Shown: positions 1 to 8,303 of the stretch, piece by piece
Position numbering within the stretch: the stretch's first letter is position 1
Layout: each line of letters begins with the position of its first letter
NCBI GenBank assembly: GCA_017643965.1
Contig: JAEPMM010000001.1
Location: 1 to 46,717, forward strand
From: Marinobacter sp.
Lineage (GTDB): Bacteria; Pseudomonadota; Gammaproteobacteria; Pseudomonadales; Oleiphilaceae
Direction of reading: 5' to 3'
Length of the DNA stretch: 46,717 bases
Translations under genes and position numbers: made by a program
The notes under the pieces: model-generated
Told to the model about the DNA's origin: nothing
What the model saw: the letters and a program-made list of their open reading frames with translations, nothing else
Database searches by the model: none

Positions 1-711
1 GGCCGGGTGATTGATGTGCAGCACAATCACGGTCTGAAGGCGGGTTTCAGACAGCCAGGCCAGTAGTGAATCGCAAACCCGCTGTGGAATGACAACCGGC
101 AGGCGCGTGTGGATGCGCAATCGGCGGATATGGGAAATCTGGCCGATGGTCTCCACCCAGGCTGCCAGTAGCCGGTCGTTGGCCACCAGCGGGTCGCCAC
201 CGCTGAAGATCACCTCGTTGATCCGGGTATCCTGCCGCAGGGCATCGATCACGCGGTCTCGGTCGAGCGGCGACAATCGATGGTCCTCATAGGGGAAATG
301 GCGGCGGAAGCAGTAGCGGCAATTGATGGCGCACTGGCCGGTCACCATGAGCAGTGCGCGGCTCTGGTACTTGCGGATCAGGCCGGTGGTTTCCGACGTG
401 CCCACTTCCTGCAACGGATCCGGCACATAGCCGTCTGCCACAACGCCTTCCTCACTGAGGGGCAGTACCTGGCGTAACAGGGGGTCGTGAGGGTTTCCCC
501 GTGTGATCCGGCTCAGGTAGGGTTCCGGAACCCGCACGGGAAACAGGCGATGACCTTGCTCCGCGCCCTGCAGCCACAGTCTGGGATCAAGATCCAGCCG
601 TTCCAGCAGCACCGTCGGTGAGGTGATGGCCCCGGATAACAGCTGCTGCCAGCTGGCGGAGTCGTTATCGGCCGGGCGGGCTTCTATACGGGTGGGGGTT
701 CGCTGTATCAT
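1..711 (-). CDS. epmB: EF-P beta-lysylation protein EpmB (KamA-family radical SAM lysine 2,3-aminomutase), runs off the window's left edge
   Basis: Not in the ORF track; translated by hand from ATG at 711 (MIQRTPTRIEARP...). Contains DPLLRQVLP, the radical SAM motif CAINCRYCFRRHFPY, EVIFSGGDPL and RIHTRLPVVIPQR. Divergent from efp. Confidence 0.93.
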   Translation of the reverse strand, partial: MIQRTPTRIEARPADNDSASWQQLLSGAITSPTVLLERLDLDPRLWLQGAEQGHRLFPVRVPEPYLSRITRGNPHDPLLRQVLPLSEEGVVADGYVPDPLQEVGTSETTGLIRKYQSRALLMVTGQCAINCRYCFRRHFPYEDHRLSPLDRDRVIDALRQDTRINEVIFSGGDPLVANDRLLAAWVETIGQISHIRRLRIHTRLPVVIPQRVCDSLLAWLSETRLQTVIVLHINHPA

Positions 712-756
712 AGCGACCTTTGAAATTTTAATTGCATCTTTTTCGGTGGACATTTC

Positions 757-1331
757 ATGGCTTCATATTCTACCAACGAATTCCGCGGCGGTCTTAAGGT
801 TTTGCTGGATGGCGACCCCTGCGTGATTCTTGAGAACGAATTCGTCAAACCGGGTAAAGGCCAGGCCTTTAACCGGGTACGACTGCGTAACCTGATGAGC
901 AACCGGGTGTGGGAGCGCACTTTCAAATCGGGCGAGAGTCTCGAATCCGCCGATGTGATCGAGCAGGACATGGAATACCTGTACACCGATGGCGAGTTCT
1001 GGCACTTCATGCTGACGGACGGCTCGTTCGAGCAGTACCCTGCAGACGCCAAAGCGGTGGTGACACCGTAAAGTGGCTGAAAGAGCAGGACGTGTACACG
1101 GTGACTCTCTATAACGGTGCGCCCCTGACCGTGAGCCCCCCCAATTTTGTCGAGCTGGAAGTGGTTGATACCGATCCGGGTATGAAAGGCGATACTGCCC
1201 AGGGCGGTTCCAAGCCAGCCACCCTGTCGACCGGTGCCGTTGTTAACGTGCCGCTGTTCATCACCATCGGCGAAGTGCTGAAGGTGGATACCCGTTCCGG
1301 TGAGTATGTTAACCGCGTCAAGAGCAGCTAG
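757..1331 (+). pseudogene. efp: Elongation factor P, split by a 1-bp frameshift near 1059-1060 (sequence error or real lesion)
   Basis: 757..1071 gives the EF-P N-terminus ([14 protein letters not shown]...KPGKGQAF). The -1 frame continues with [10 protein letters not shown]...[22 protein letters not shown]...VPLFI...[14 protein letters not shown] to TAG 1331. Adding one G (GTGGT to GTGGGT) restores a 191-aa protein. Confidence 0.9.
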
Positions 1332-1340
1332 GTCGATCCT

Positions 1341-2315
1341 GTGACCGATGCACCGGAGTGGCAGCCACGCGCTTCGCTGAGTGCACTGAAAAGCCGCGCA
1401 AGCCAGTTAGCCTGGCTGCGCGGCTTTTTTGCGCAACGGGGTGTGCTGGAAGTGGAGACGCCGGTTCTGGGGCGCCACGGCGTAACCGACCCCAACCTGG
1501 ATGGTATCGCGGCCAATGCGGCCCCGGTGGCCGGTGCCAGCGGAGGGGGCTGGCTACAGACCTCCCCGGAATACCATATGAAGCGGTTGCTGGCTGCCGG
1601 GTCAGGCCCGATCTATCAGGTTGCCCGGGTGTTCCGTGACGGTGAGCGCGGCTCCCGCCATAATCCGGAGTTCTCCCTGCTGGAGTGGTACCGCCCCGGG
1701 TTTACAGACACTGACCTGATGGCGGAGGTCAGCGACCTGGTGGTGGGCTGGCTCGGCTGCGAGCGCCCGAGGGTTCTGAGCTATCGGGATGCCCTTGAAC
1801 GGTTTGCCGGTGTCGATCCGTTCCGGGTTGCGGACCGGGAGCTGAGGCGGCGTTGCGAGCAGTGGCTGGCGCCGGAGCAAACCCTGACACTCGGGCGCGA
1901 CGCTTGCCTGGATCTGCTGATGAGCTATCTGGTGGAGCCCGCGCTGGCCGGATTCGGACCGGTGTTCATCACCGCTTACCCGGAGTCCCAGGCGGCGCTG
2001 GCGAGGGTCAGCGAGCACCACGGTGTTCGTCAGGCCCACCGGTTCGAGCTCTACGTGGGCGGGATCGAGCTATGCAACGGCTATTGGGAGCTCACCGACG
2101 CCATCGAGCAGCGCCGGCGGTTTGAGGCAGACAACCGGGCTCGCCGATTGGCCGGCAAGCCCGAAATGGCCGTGGATTCGGCATTGCTGGCGGCCCTTGA
2201 GGCCGGTGTTCCGGACTGTGCCGGGGTGGCGCTGGGACTGGACCGGCTGCTGATGCTCAAACTGGGCAGCAATAACATTGCTGACGTGGTGGCGTTCCCG
2301 CTGGAAATCGCCTGA
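1341..2315 (+). CDS. epmA: EF-P lysine aminoacylase EpmA (GenX/PoxA)
   Basis: LysRS class II catalytic-domain paralogue motifs LQTSPEYHMKRLLAAG, HNPEFSLLEWYR and GVALGLDRL; adjacent to efp. Confidence 0.95.
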   Translation: MTDAPEWQPRASLSALKSRASQLAWLRGFFAQRGVLEVETPVLGRHGVTDPNLDGIAANAAPVAGASGGGWLQTSPEYHMKRLLAAGSGPIYQVARVFRDGERGSRHNPEFSLLEWYRPGFTDTDLMAEVSDLVVGWLGCERPRVLSYRDALERFAGVDPFRVADRELRRRCEQWLAPEQTLTLGRDACLDLLMSYLVEPALAGFGPVFITAYPESQAALARVSEHHGVRQAHRFELYVGGIELCNGYWELTDAIEQRRRFEADNRARRLAGKPEMAVDSALLAALEAGVPDCAGVALGLDRLLMLKLGSNNIADVVAFPLEIA

Positions 2316-2366
2316 CTCCGACCGCAACCGGAGTCGATGTGGAAGAGCTGGGCGTGGTGCAAGGGC

Positions 2367-3227
2367 TCAGGATTCAGTCGTGCCAAAGGCCTCGCCCATG
2401 CGCACCGTTTTGCCCGGCGTCTCGTCAGCATTCCACGCGACCGCGCCTTTGGGCATGACCAGCACCACGGTGGAGCCCAGCCGGAATCGGCCCATTTCCT
2501 CACCTTTCTTGAATTCAATGGCAGGCTGGTCATCGTCGTAACGGGTGCTGGTGACCAGGCCGGTTCCCGGCGCCACCACGCCACCCCAGGTGGTTTCCAC
2601 GCTGCCGACAATCATCGCGCCCACCAGCACCAGCGCCATCGGGCCGGCGTCGGTGTCGAAAATGCAGGCCACCCGCTCGTTGCGGGCGAACAGGTTGGGA
2701 ACGTTTTCGGCGGTCACCGGGTTCACCGAGAACAGTTTGCCAGGCACGTAGACCATTTCCCGCAGTCGTCCGGCCAGGGGCATGTGGATGCGGTGGTAGT
2801 CTTTCGGCGACAGATAAATGGTGGCGAACTCCCCTTCGGTAAACGCTTCCGCGCGCGCGTCGTCACCGCCCAGCAGCTCGGTAAGGCTGAACGACTGGCC
2901 CTTGGCCTGAAAAACGCGGTCACCGGTGACCCGGCCGAGCTGGCTGATGGCGCCATCCACCGGGCTGACCAGAACGGAACTGCCGCTGTCGATCGGCCTC
3001 AGGCCCGGCTTGAGTGCGCGGGTGAAGAAGGCGTTGAAGCTGGGGTAGGCTTCCGGCTCCGATTCCAGCGCCTCGCTCATGTTTACACCGTAGCGGCCGA
3101 TAAACCACCGAATGACACGGTTCTTGAGCGCCGGCGTACGGTCATTGTCCGCGAGGCGACCGGCAAGCCGGGAAAGCGCCAGTTGCGGGGTGACGTACTG
3201 GCTCAGAACAAAAAGCTTGTCGAACAT
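2367..3227 (-). CDS. psd: Phosphatidylserine decarboxylase proenzyme
   Basis: FNAFFTRALKPG, IYLSPKDYHRIHMP, and the self-cleavage motif GRFRLGST. Confidence 0.95.
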   Translation of the reverse strand: MFDKLFVLSQYVTPQLALSRLAGRLADNDRTPALKNRVIRWFIGRYGVNMSEALESEPEAYPSFNAFFTRALKPGLRPIDSGSSVLVSPVDGAISQLGRVTGDRVFQAKGQSFSLTELLGGDDARAEAFTEGEFATIYLSPKDYHRIHMPLAGRLREMVYVPGKLFSVNPVTAENVPNLFARNERVACIFDTDAGPMALVLVGAMIVGSVETTWGGVVAPGTGLVTSTRYDDDQPAIEFKKGEEMGRFRLGSTVVLVMPKGAVAWNADETPGKTVRMGEAFGTTES

Positions 3228-3372
3228 GAAACGGGTTCCTTTGCGCTCAAAGGCGCGAAGTTTACCAAATACAGCCGCGTGTATAGAAATTGTTTCACAG
3301 CTTCGCGGTTGGACCCGGTGCTTGCTATGATCAGGTCAGCTAAAACTACTACATAAGGCGTGTGCTCCCCCC

Positions 3373-4224
3373 ATGTTGCTGATTATCGGTGCAGTTGTAG
3401 TCATTGCGAGTGTTCTTGGCGGTTACGTGCTTCACGGCGGCAACCTTGCGGTGCTGTGGCAGCCCACTGAAATCCTGATTATCGGCGGCGCGGCCATTGG
3501 CGCCTTCATCATCGCCAACCCCATGCACACGGTGAAAGAGGTGTTTCAGGGGTGCATGCGGCTGTTGACCGGATCGCCATACAACAAGGCATTTTATGTG
3601 GACCTGCTCAGCCTGCTGTACGACATCTTTGACAAATCCCGCAAGCAGGGTGTGATGGCCATCGAGGAAGACATCGACAACCCCGAGTCCAGCCAGATCT
3701 TTTCGCGGTACCCGGCCATCATGAAGTCCAAGCATCTTTTGTCGTTCATCACCGACTATCTGCGCATCATCAGCTCCGGCAACATGGCGACCCATGAGCT
3801 GGAAGGCATGATGGAAAACGAGATCGACAGCCGTCAGCACGAGCTGGAAGAGCCTGCCCATGCGGTCAACAAGATTGCCGACGCCCTGCCGGGTCTGGGT
3901 ATCGTAGCCGCGGTGCTGGGTATCGTGATCACCATGAACTTTCTGACCGAAGGCCCGGAAAAGATCGGCCTGAGCGTCGCCGCGGCGCTGGTTGGTACCT
4001 TTCTGGGTATCTGGATGGGTTACGGTTTTGTGGGGCCGACCTCGATTGCCCTGGAACACGCCGCAAAGTACGAATTGAAAGCCTACGAGTGTGTGAAAGC
4101 CTCGGTTGTCGCCACCGTGTCCGGACAGGCGCCGCAGATGGCCATCGAGTTCGGGCGCAAGGCCTTGCCCACCGACAAGCGGCCAGGGTTCCAGGAGCTC
4201 AACGACCACGTGCGCTCGAAGTAA
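3373..4224 (+). CDS. motA: Flagellar stator protein MotA
   Basis: 283 aa with MotA transmembrane pattern, ADALPGLGIVAAVLG, AALVGTFLG and AIEFGRK. Confidence 0.93.
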   Translation: MLLIIGAVVVIASVLGGYVLHGGNLAVLWQPTEILIIGGAAIGAFIIANPMHTVKEVFQGCMRLLTGSPYNKAFYVDLLSLLYDIFDKSRKQGVMAIEEDIDNPESSQIFSRYPAIMKSKHLLSFITDYLRIISSGNMATHELEGMMENEIDSRQHELEEPAHAVNKIADALPGLGIVAAVLGIVITMNFLTEGPEKIGLSVAAALVGTFLGIWMGYGFVGPTSIALEHAAKYELKAYECVKASVVATVSGQAPQMAIEFGRKALPTDKRPGFQELNDHVRSK

Positions 4225-4263
4225 CGTAGCTGACGTAACGAAGCCGACTTAACGAAGCCCGGG
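4222..4263 (+). repeat. Three imperfect 14-bp tandem repeats in the motA-motB gap
   Basis: TAACGTAGCTGACG / TAACGAAGCCGACT / TAACGAAGCCCGGG; the first copy begins at the motA stop codon. Confidence 0.6.
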
Positions 4264-4279
4264 CTGTTGGAGCAGGTTA

Positions 4280-5239
4280 GTGGAAGAACAACCGATCATC
4301 GTCAAACGCAAGAAGAAGGTTGTCGGGGGCCATCACGGTGGCTCCTGGAAAGTCGCGTTTGCCGACTTTGCCACCGCCATGATGGCGTTCTTTCTGGTGT
4401 TATGGCTGACAGCGACCGCAACACCGGAGCAGAAGCTGGCGGTGGAGGGGTATTTCAAGGATCCCATCGGGTTCACCGAGGGAGGGTCGCCCAACCCGGT
4501 GGATCTGGAGGGCAGCGCCTCGGTGATCGACGAAAGCACCCAGGATATCGAGCGGAGCGACATCCAGATCGAGGACCAGGTGGTCGAAGAGCTGGCGGAA
4601 ACGCTCGAGCAGCGACAGATGGAGGAGCTGTTCCAGGATCTCAAGGAAAGCATCGAGCAGAGTGAAACCCTGCAGGAGTTCAAGGATCAGCTGCTGATCG
4701 ACATCACCAGCGAGGGCCTGCGCATCCAGATTGTGGATCGCTCCCAGCGCCCGATGTTCGACAGTGGCCGGGCCGAACTCAAATACTATTCCCAGGACAT
4801 CCTGTTCGAGCTCGCCAAGCCGCTCGGGGCGGTCACCAATAAGCTGAGCATTACCGGCCATACGGATTCAACACCGTTCAACGGTCGTCCCGGGTATACC
4901 AACTGGGAGCTGTCTGCCGATCGCGCCAACACGGCACGCCGGGCGCTGGTGGCCGGTGGTGTACGCTCGCAGCAGATTGCCCGGGTGGTGGGTTTGAGTG
5001 ATTCGGTACTGTTTGACAAGGACGACGCCACCGCGCCGGTGAATCGTCGGATCTCGATCATCGTGCTCAACAAGAAAACGGCCGATGGCATTCAGAACGC
5101 CGCCGGTCAATCCGATGAACCCTTGATTGATCTGACACTCCCCACCGAAGCGGAGCAGGATGAAGCCATGGAAAGCCTGGAGCAGGGTGACTGGCAGCAG
5201 GAGCGTGAGGCACCGGCGGAGGGTGAGCTGAACTGGTAA
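4280..5239 (+). CDS. motB: Flagellar stator protein MotB
   Basis: HHGGSWKVAFADFATAMMAFFL (conserved Asp), OmpA-like domain GHTD, NWELSADRAN and NRRISI. Confidence 0.94.
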   Translation: MEEQPIIVKRKKKVVGGHHGGSWKVAFADFATAMMAFFLVLWLTATATPEQKLAVEGYFKDPIGFTEGGSPNPVDLEGSASVIDESTQDIERSDIQIEDQVVEELAETLEQRQMEELFQDLKESIEQSETLQEFKDQLLIDITSEGLRIQIVDRSQRPMFDSGRAELKYYSQDILFELAKPLGAVTNKLSITGHTDSTPFNGRPGYTNWELSADRANTARRALVAGGVRSQQIARVVGLSDSVLFDKDDATAPVNRRISIIVLNKKTADGIQNAAGQSDEPLIDLTLPTEAEQDEAMESLEQGDWQQEREAPAEGELNW

Positions 5240-5254
5240 CCGCCGGAGCGGTGT

Positions 5255-6310
5255 TCAGTCCAGCTTGAGCCCGCGGGCCTGTTGCTCGGTCATGTCTTTG
5301 AGGATGCGGTGAAAGCTTTTCAGGCGCGGGTAGCTGATGCGGCCCTCTTCCGCCGCCGTATCAATGGCACAGCCCGGATCCCCCAGATGGCGACAGTTGC
5401 GGAACTTGCACTGGCCAATCAGGTCGCGAATTTCCCGAAAACCATATTCCAGCTCCTGGGGCGTCATGTGCCACAGGCCGAATTCCCGGATTCCGGGAGA
5501 GTCAATCAGATCACCGCCGATTGCCAGATGGAACAGTTTCGCGGTGGTGGTAGTGTGTGTGCCCTTGCCAGTGCTCTCGGAGAGGGCGCCAACCCGCAGC
5601 AACTCATCCGGCAGCAAGGTCTGGATGATCGACGACTTGCCGACGCCGGACTGGCCCACGAACACACTGGTCTGGTTCCGCACCAGATCTTCCACCTGCG
5701 GTGACGGTGTGGTGCCGGAGGCCATCGCTGAGGTGCGCACCACCTTGTAGCCCAGTGTCTCGTAGCGCTCCAGCAGTTCATCAATGGCCTGCTGGTTGCG
5801 GTCTGTCAGCAAATCGGTCTTGTTCAGCAGGATCACCACGGGAATGTCGGTGCTTTCGGCCGCCACCAGGTAGCGGTCAATCAGGTTGTCGTGGGGCTCC
5901 GGCTCCGGCGCGATCACCAGAATGATGTGGTCGATGTTCGCGGCGACGGGTTTCAGGGCGCCGAAATTGTCCGGGCGCTGCAGCAGGTTGGTGCGCTCAC
6001 AGCGGGCAACAATGACTCCGGTCTCGCTTTTGCCGGGGCGCCAGATCACCTTGTCGCCGGTCACCAGGCCATCAATGTTGGCCCGCACAAAACAGCGCAC
6101 CACCTGGCCCTGATGTTCCCCTTCCAGCCCTTCCACATCCAGCTGCTGGCCGTAATGGGCGATAATGAGCCCTTGCTGTTCGGGCCCCAGTTCGCCGGCT
6201 TCCGTCAGTTCTTCAATGGCCTTTTCCTTTCGCGAAACCCGCGCGGTGCGTTCCGCCTGAATTTTCTGGATGCGCCATTGCTGCTGTTTGTTCAGTCGCC
6301 GTTTTGCCAT
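5255..6310 (-). CDS. rsgA: Small ribosomal subunit biogenesis GTPase RsgA
   Basis: Start chosen at ATG 6310 (MAKRRLNKQQ). Motifs NKTD, GQSGVGKSS, DSPGIREF and zinc finger CKFRNCRHLGDPGC. Confidence 0.95.
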   Translation of the reverse strand: MAKRRLNKQQQWRIQKIQAERTARVSRKEKAIEELTEAGELGPEQQGLIIAHYGQQLDVEGLEGEHQGQVVRCFVRANIDGLVTGDKVIWRPGKSETGVIVARCERTNLLQRPDNFGALKPVAANIDHIILVIAPEPEPHDNLIDRYLVAAESTDIPVVILLNKTDLLTDRNQQAIDELLERYETLGYKVVRTSAMASGTTPSPQVEDLVRNQTSVFVGQSGVGKSSIIQTLLPDELLRVGALSESTGKGTHTTTTAKLFHLAIGGDLIDSPGIREFGLWHMTPQELEYGFREIRDLIGQCKFRNCRHLGDPGCAIDTAAEEGRISYPRLKSFHRILKDMTEQQARGLKLD

Positions 6311-6425
6311 AGAGAAGTTGCTGAAATCCTGATGAAGGGTAGGTGTTGCTGTGCCATCATACGCTAACCTGAGGATCGCAGCCCGCACGATCGGCATCAA
6401 CCTCTGAGAATGTATCTGACTTTAC

Positions 6426-6538
6426 GGGCACTGGCGGGTGCCACGCTCCGGGACACGCTACAAGCACATCCCTGTGCGCTTGATCTCCGGCCATCCATGG
6501 CCTCCGACAGTCCCGGACCGTGGCACCCGCCAGTACCC
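6426..6538. repeat. Palindromic element: 29-bp inverted arms enclosing two small hairpins (REP/MITE-like or structured RNA)
   Basis: Arms 6426-6454 and 6510-6538 match at 27/29. Internal hairpins GCACA-TCCC-TGTGC (6464-6477) and GGCCA-TCCA-TGGCC (6489-6502). Confidence 0.85.
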
Positions 6539-6570
6539 TGCACCAACCCGACAGTTTCGAGGAAGAACGC

Positions 6571-7113
6571 ATGGTGGACGAAAACAACCTGGTATGGATC
6601 GATCTGGAGATGACCGGTCTGGATCCGGAAAAAGAAAAAATCATCGAGATGGCGACCATCGTCACCGATTCGGAACTGAACCTGGTGGCCGAGGGGCCGG
6701 TGATTGCTATCCATCAACCGGACAGCCTGCTGAACGCGATGGACGAGTGGTGCACCCGGACCCACGGCGAGAGCGGTCTGACCCAGCGGGTGAAAGACAG
6801 CAAAATCTCCGAGCGGGAAGCCGAACTGGCAACCATCAAGTTCCTGAAACAGCACGTGGCGCCGGGTAAATCGCCGCTGTGCGGCAACAGCATCGGCCAG
6901 GATCGGCGCTTTCTGGTGAAGTACATGCCGGAGCTGGAAGACTTCTTCCACTACCGCAATCTCGACGTCAGCACCATCAAGGAACTGGCGCGGCGGTGGC
7001 GGCCGGATGTGCTGGCGGGTGTGAAAAAGAAAGGCAGTCACCTGGCGTTGGACGACATTCGCGATTCCATCGACGAGCTGCGTCACTACCGGGCCACCTT
7101 CTTCAAACTATAA
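6571..7113 (+). CDS. orn: Oligoribonuclease
   Basis: [37 protein letters not shown] and [11 protein letters not shown]; GAGGAAG ribosome-binding site before ATG 6571. Confidence 0.96.
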   Translation: MVDENNLVWIDLEMTGLDPEKEKIIEMATIVTDSELNLVAEGPVIAIHQPDSLLNAMDEWCTRTHGESGLTQRVKDSKISEREAELATIKFLKQHVAPGKSPLCGNSIGQDRRFLVKYMPELEDFFHYRNLDVSTIKELARRWRPDVLAGVKKKGSHLALDDIRDSIDELRHYRATFFKL

Positions 7114-8172
7114 ACCGTGCTGCCTCAGGGCCCAGTGCACATGTTCCCGTACCATCTCCGAAGGGTGATCGGCTCGCTGTTTCAGGGCTTCGATCACCGG
7201 TATGGTGGAGGGAGCGTTACCAAGGCCGACGGCCAGATTGCGTAGCCAGCCCTCGTAACCGGTGCGGCGAATGGCGGAGCCTTCGGTGCGTTTGAGGAAC
7301 TGTTCTTCGGTCCACAGGAACAGCACGGCCAGCTCGCTGTTGTTCAGGCCGTGGCGAGGCTGGAAGTCTGGCTCCCGGGTGGGCTTGCTGAATTTGTTCC
7401 AGGGGCACACCAGCTGGCAGTCGTCGCAGCCGAAGACGCGGTTGCCCAGCAGCGGGCGCAATTCTTCCGGAATACTGCCTTTCAGCTCGATGGTCAGATA
7501 GCTGATGCAGCGGCGGGCATCCAGCTGGTGTGGTCCCGGGAAGGCGTTCGTGGGGCATAAGTCCAGGCAAGCGCTGCAACTGCCGCAATGGTCGGTCTCG
7601 AATGGCTCGTCCACCGGCAGCGGCGCGCTGGTGAAAATTTCACCGAGGAAGAAAAACGAACCGGCCTTGGGGTGAATCAGCATGTTGTTCTTGCCGATCC
7701 AGCCCAGGCCTGCGCGCTGGGCAAGGGCACGTTCCAGAACCGGCGCGCTGTCCACGAAGGCGCGGTGATCGTGGCCACTGACGGCCTCGTCAATGCGTTT
7801 GGCCAGAGTCGCCAGGCGCTTACGGATCAGTTTGTGATAGTCCCGGCCGAGGGCGTAGCGAGTGACATAGGCCCGCTCCCGGTCAGTGAGTGCTTGTTTC
7901 GGGTTGTCCGGCGCTGCCAGGTAGTCCATGCGGACCGAGATCACCCGCAGGGTACCCGGTACCAGGGACGTGGGCGTATAGCGCTTGTCACCATGGTCGC
8001 CCATGTACGCCATCTCGCCGTGATAGCCTTTTGCCAGCCAGCTTTTGAGGCGCTCCCCGTGCACACCGGTGTCCGGGTGGGTGATGCCCACGCCATTGAA
8101 GCCCAGTTCCTGCGCCCAGGTGCGTATGGAATCTGGCAGGTTTTCAATGGCTTCGGCGGATTTCTCGGTCAT
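7108..8172 (-). CDS. queG: Epoxyqueuosine reductase QueG
   Basis: [40 protein letters not shown] and [13 protein letters not shown]. Confidence 0.95.
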   Translation of the reverse strand: MTEKSAEAIENLPDSIRTWAQELGFNGVGITHPDTGVHGERLKSWLAKGYHGEMAYMGDHGDKRYTPTSLVPGTLRVISVRMDYLAAPDNPKQALTDRERAYVTRYALGRDYHKLIRKRLATLAKRIDEAVSGHDHRAFVDSAPVLERALAQRAGLGWIGKNNMLIHPKAGSFFFLGEIFTSAPLPVDEPFETDHCGSCSACLDLCPTNAFPGPHQLDARRCISYLTIELKGSIPEELRPLLGNRVFGCDDCQLVCPWNKFSKPTREPDFQPRHGLNNSELAVLFLWTEEQFLKRTEGSAIRRTGYEGWLRNLAVGLGNAPSTIPVIEALKQRADHPSEMVREHVHWALRQHGL

Positions 8173-8303
8173 GTTCGTGCAAGCAGCGTGAGCGTACGGA
8201 ATTTTAATCTGATTAAGTTATGACCTTTTTCTGTGTTTTGCTATGCTTTACAGGTATCTGGCCAATTTTCTTAAACTGATTTCTTTAGCTGGAGCGCGGT
8301 TGT

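Noticed and set aside
1050-1072. Programmed -1 frameshifting in efp
   Set aside because: No slippery heptamer or evident stimulatory structure; a single missing G explains it more simply.
6311-6400. Extended N-termini in the ORF track for rsgA (also orn, hisZ, cmoA, srkA, bioH)
   Set aside because: Family similarity begins at downstream ATGs; the extensions run through intergenic or neighbouring-gene sequence.
6426-6538. tRNA or autonomous IS interpretation of the palindrome
   Set aside because: No T-psi-C or D-loop consensus and no CCA end; no transposase ORF and no clear target-site duplication.
7108-7113. Convergent stop overlaps (orn/queG 6 nt; oxidoreductase/comF 4 nt)
   Set aside because: Short tail-to-tail overlaps are common in compact genomes; no evidence of a special function.
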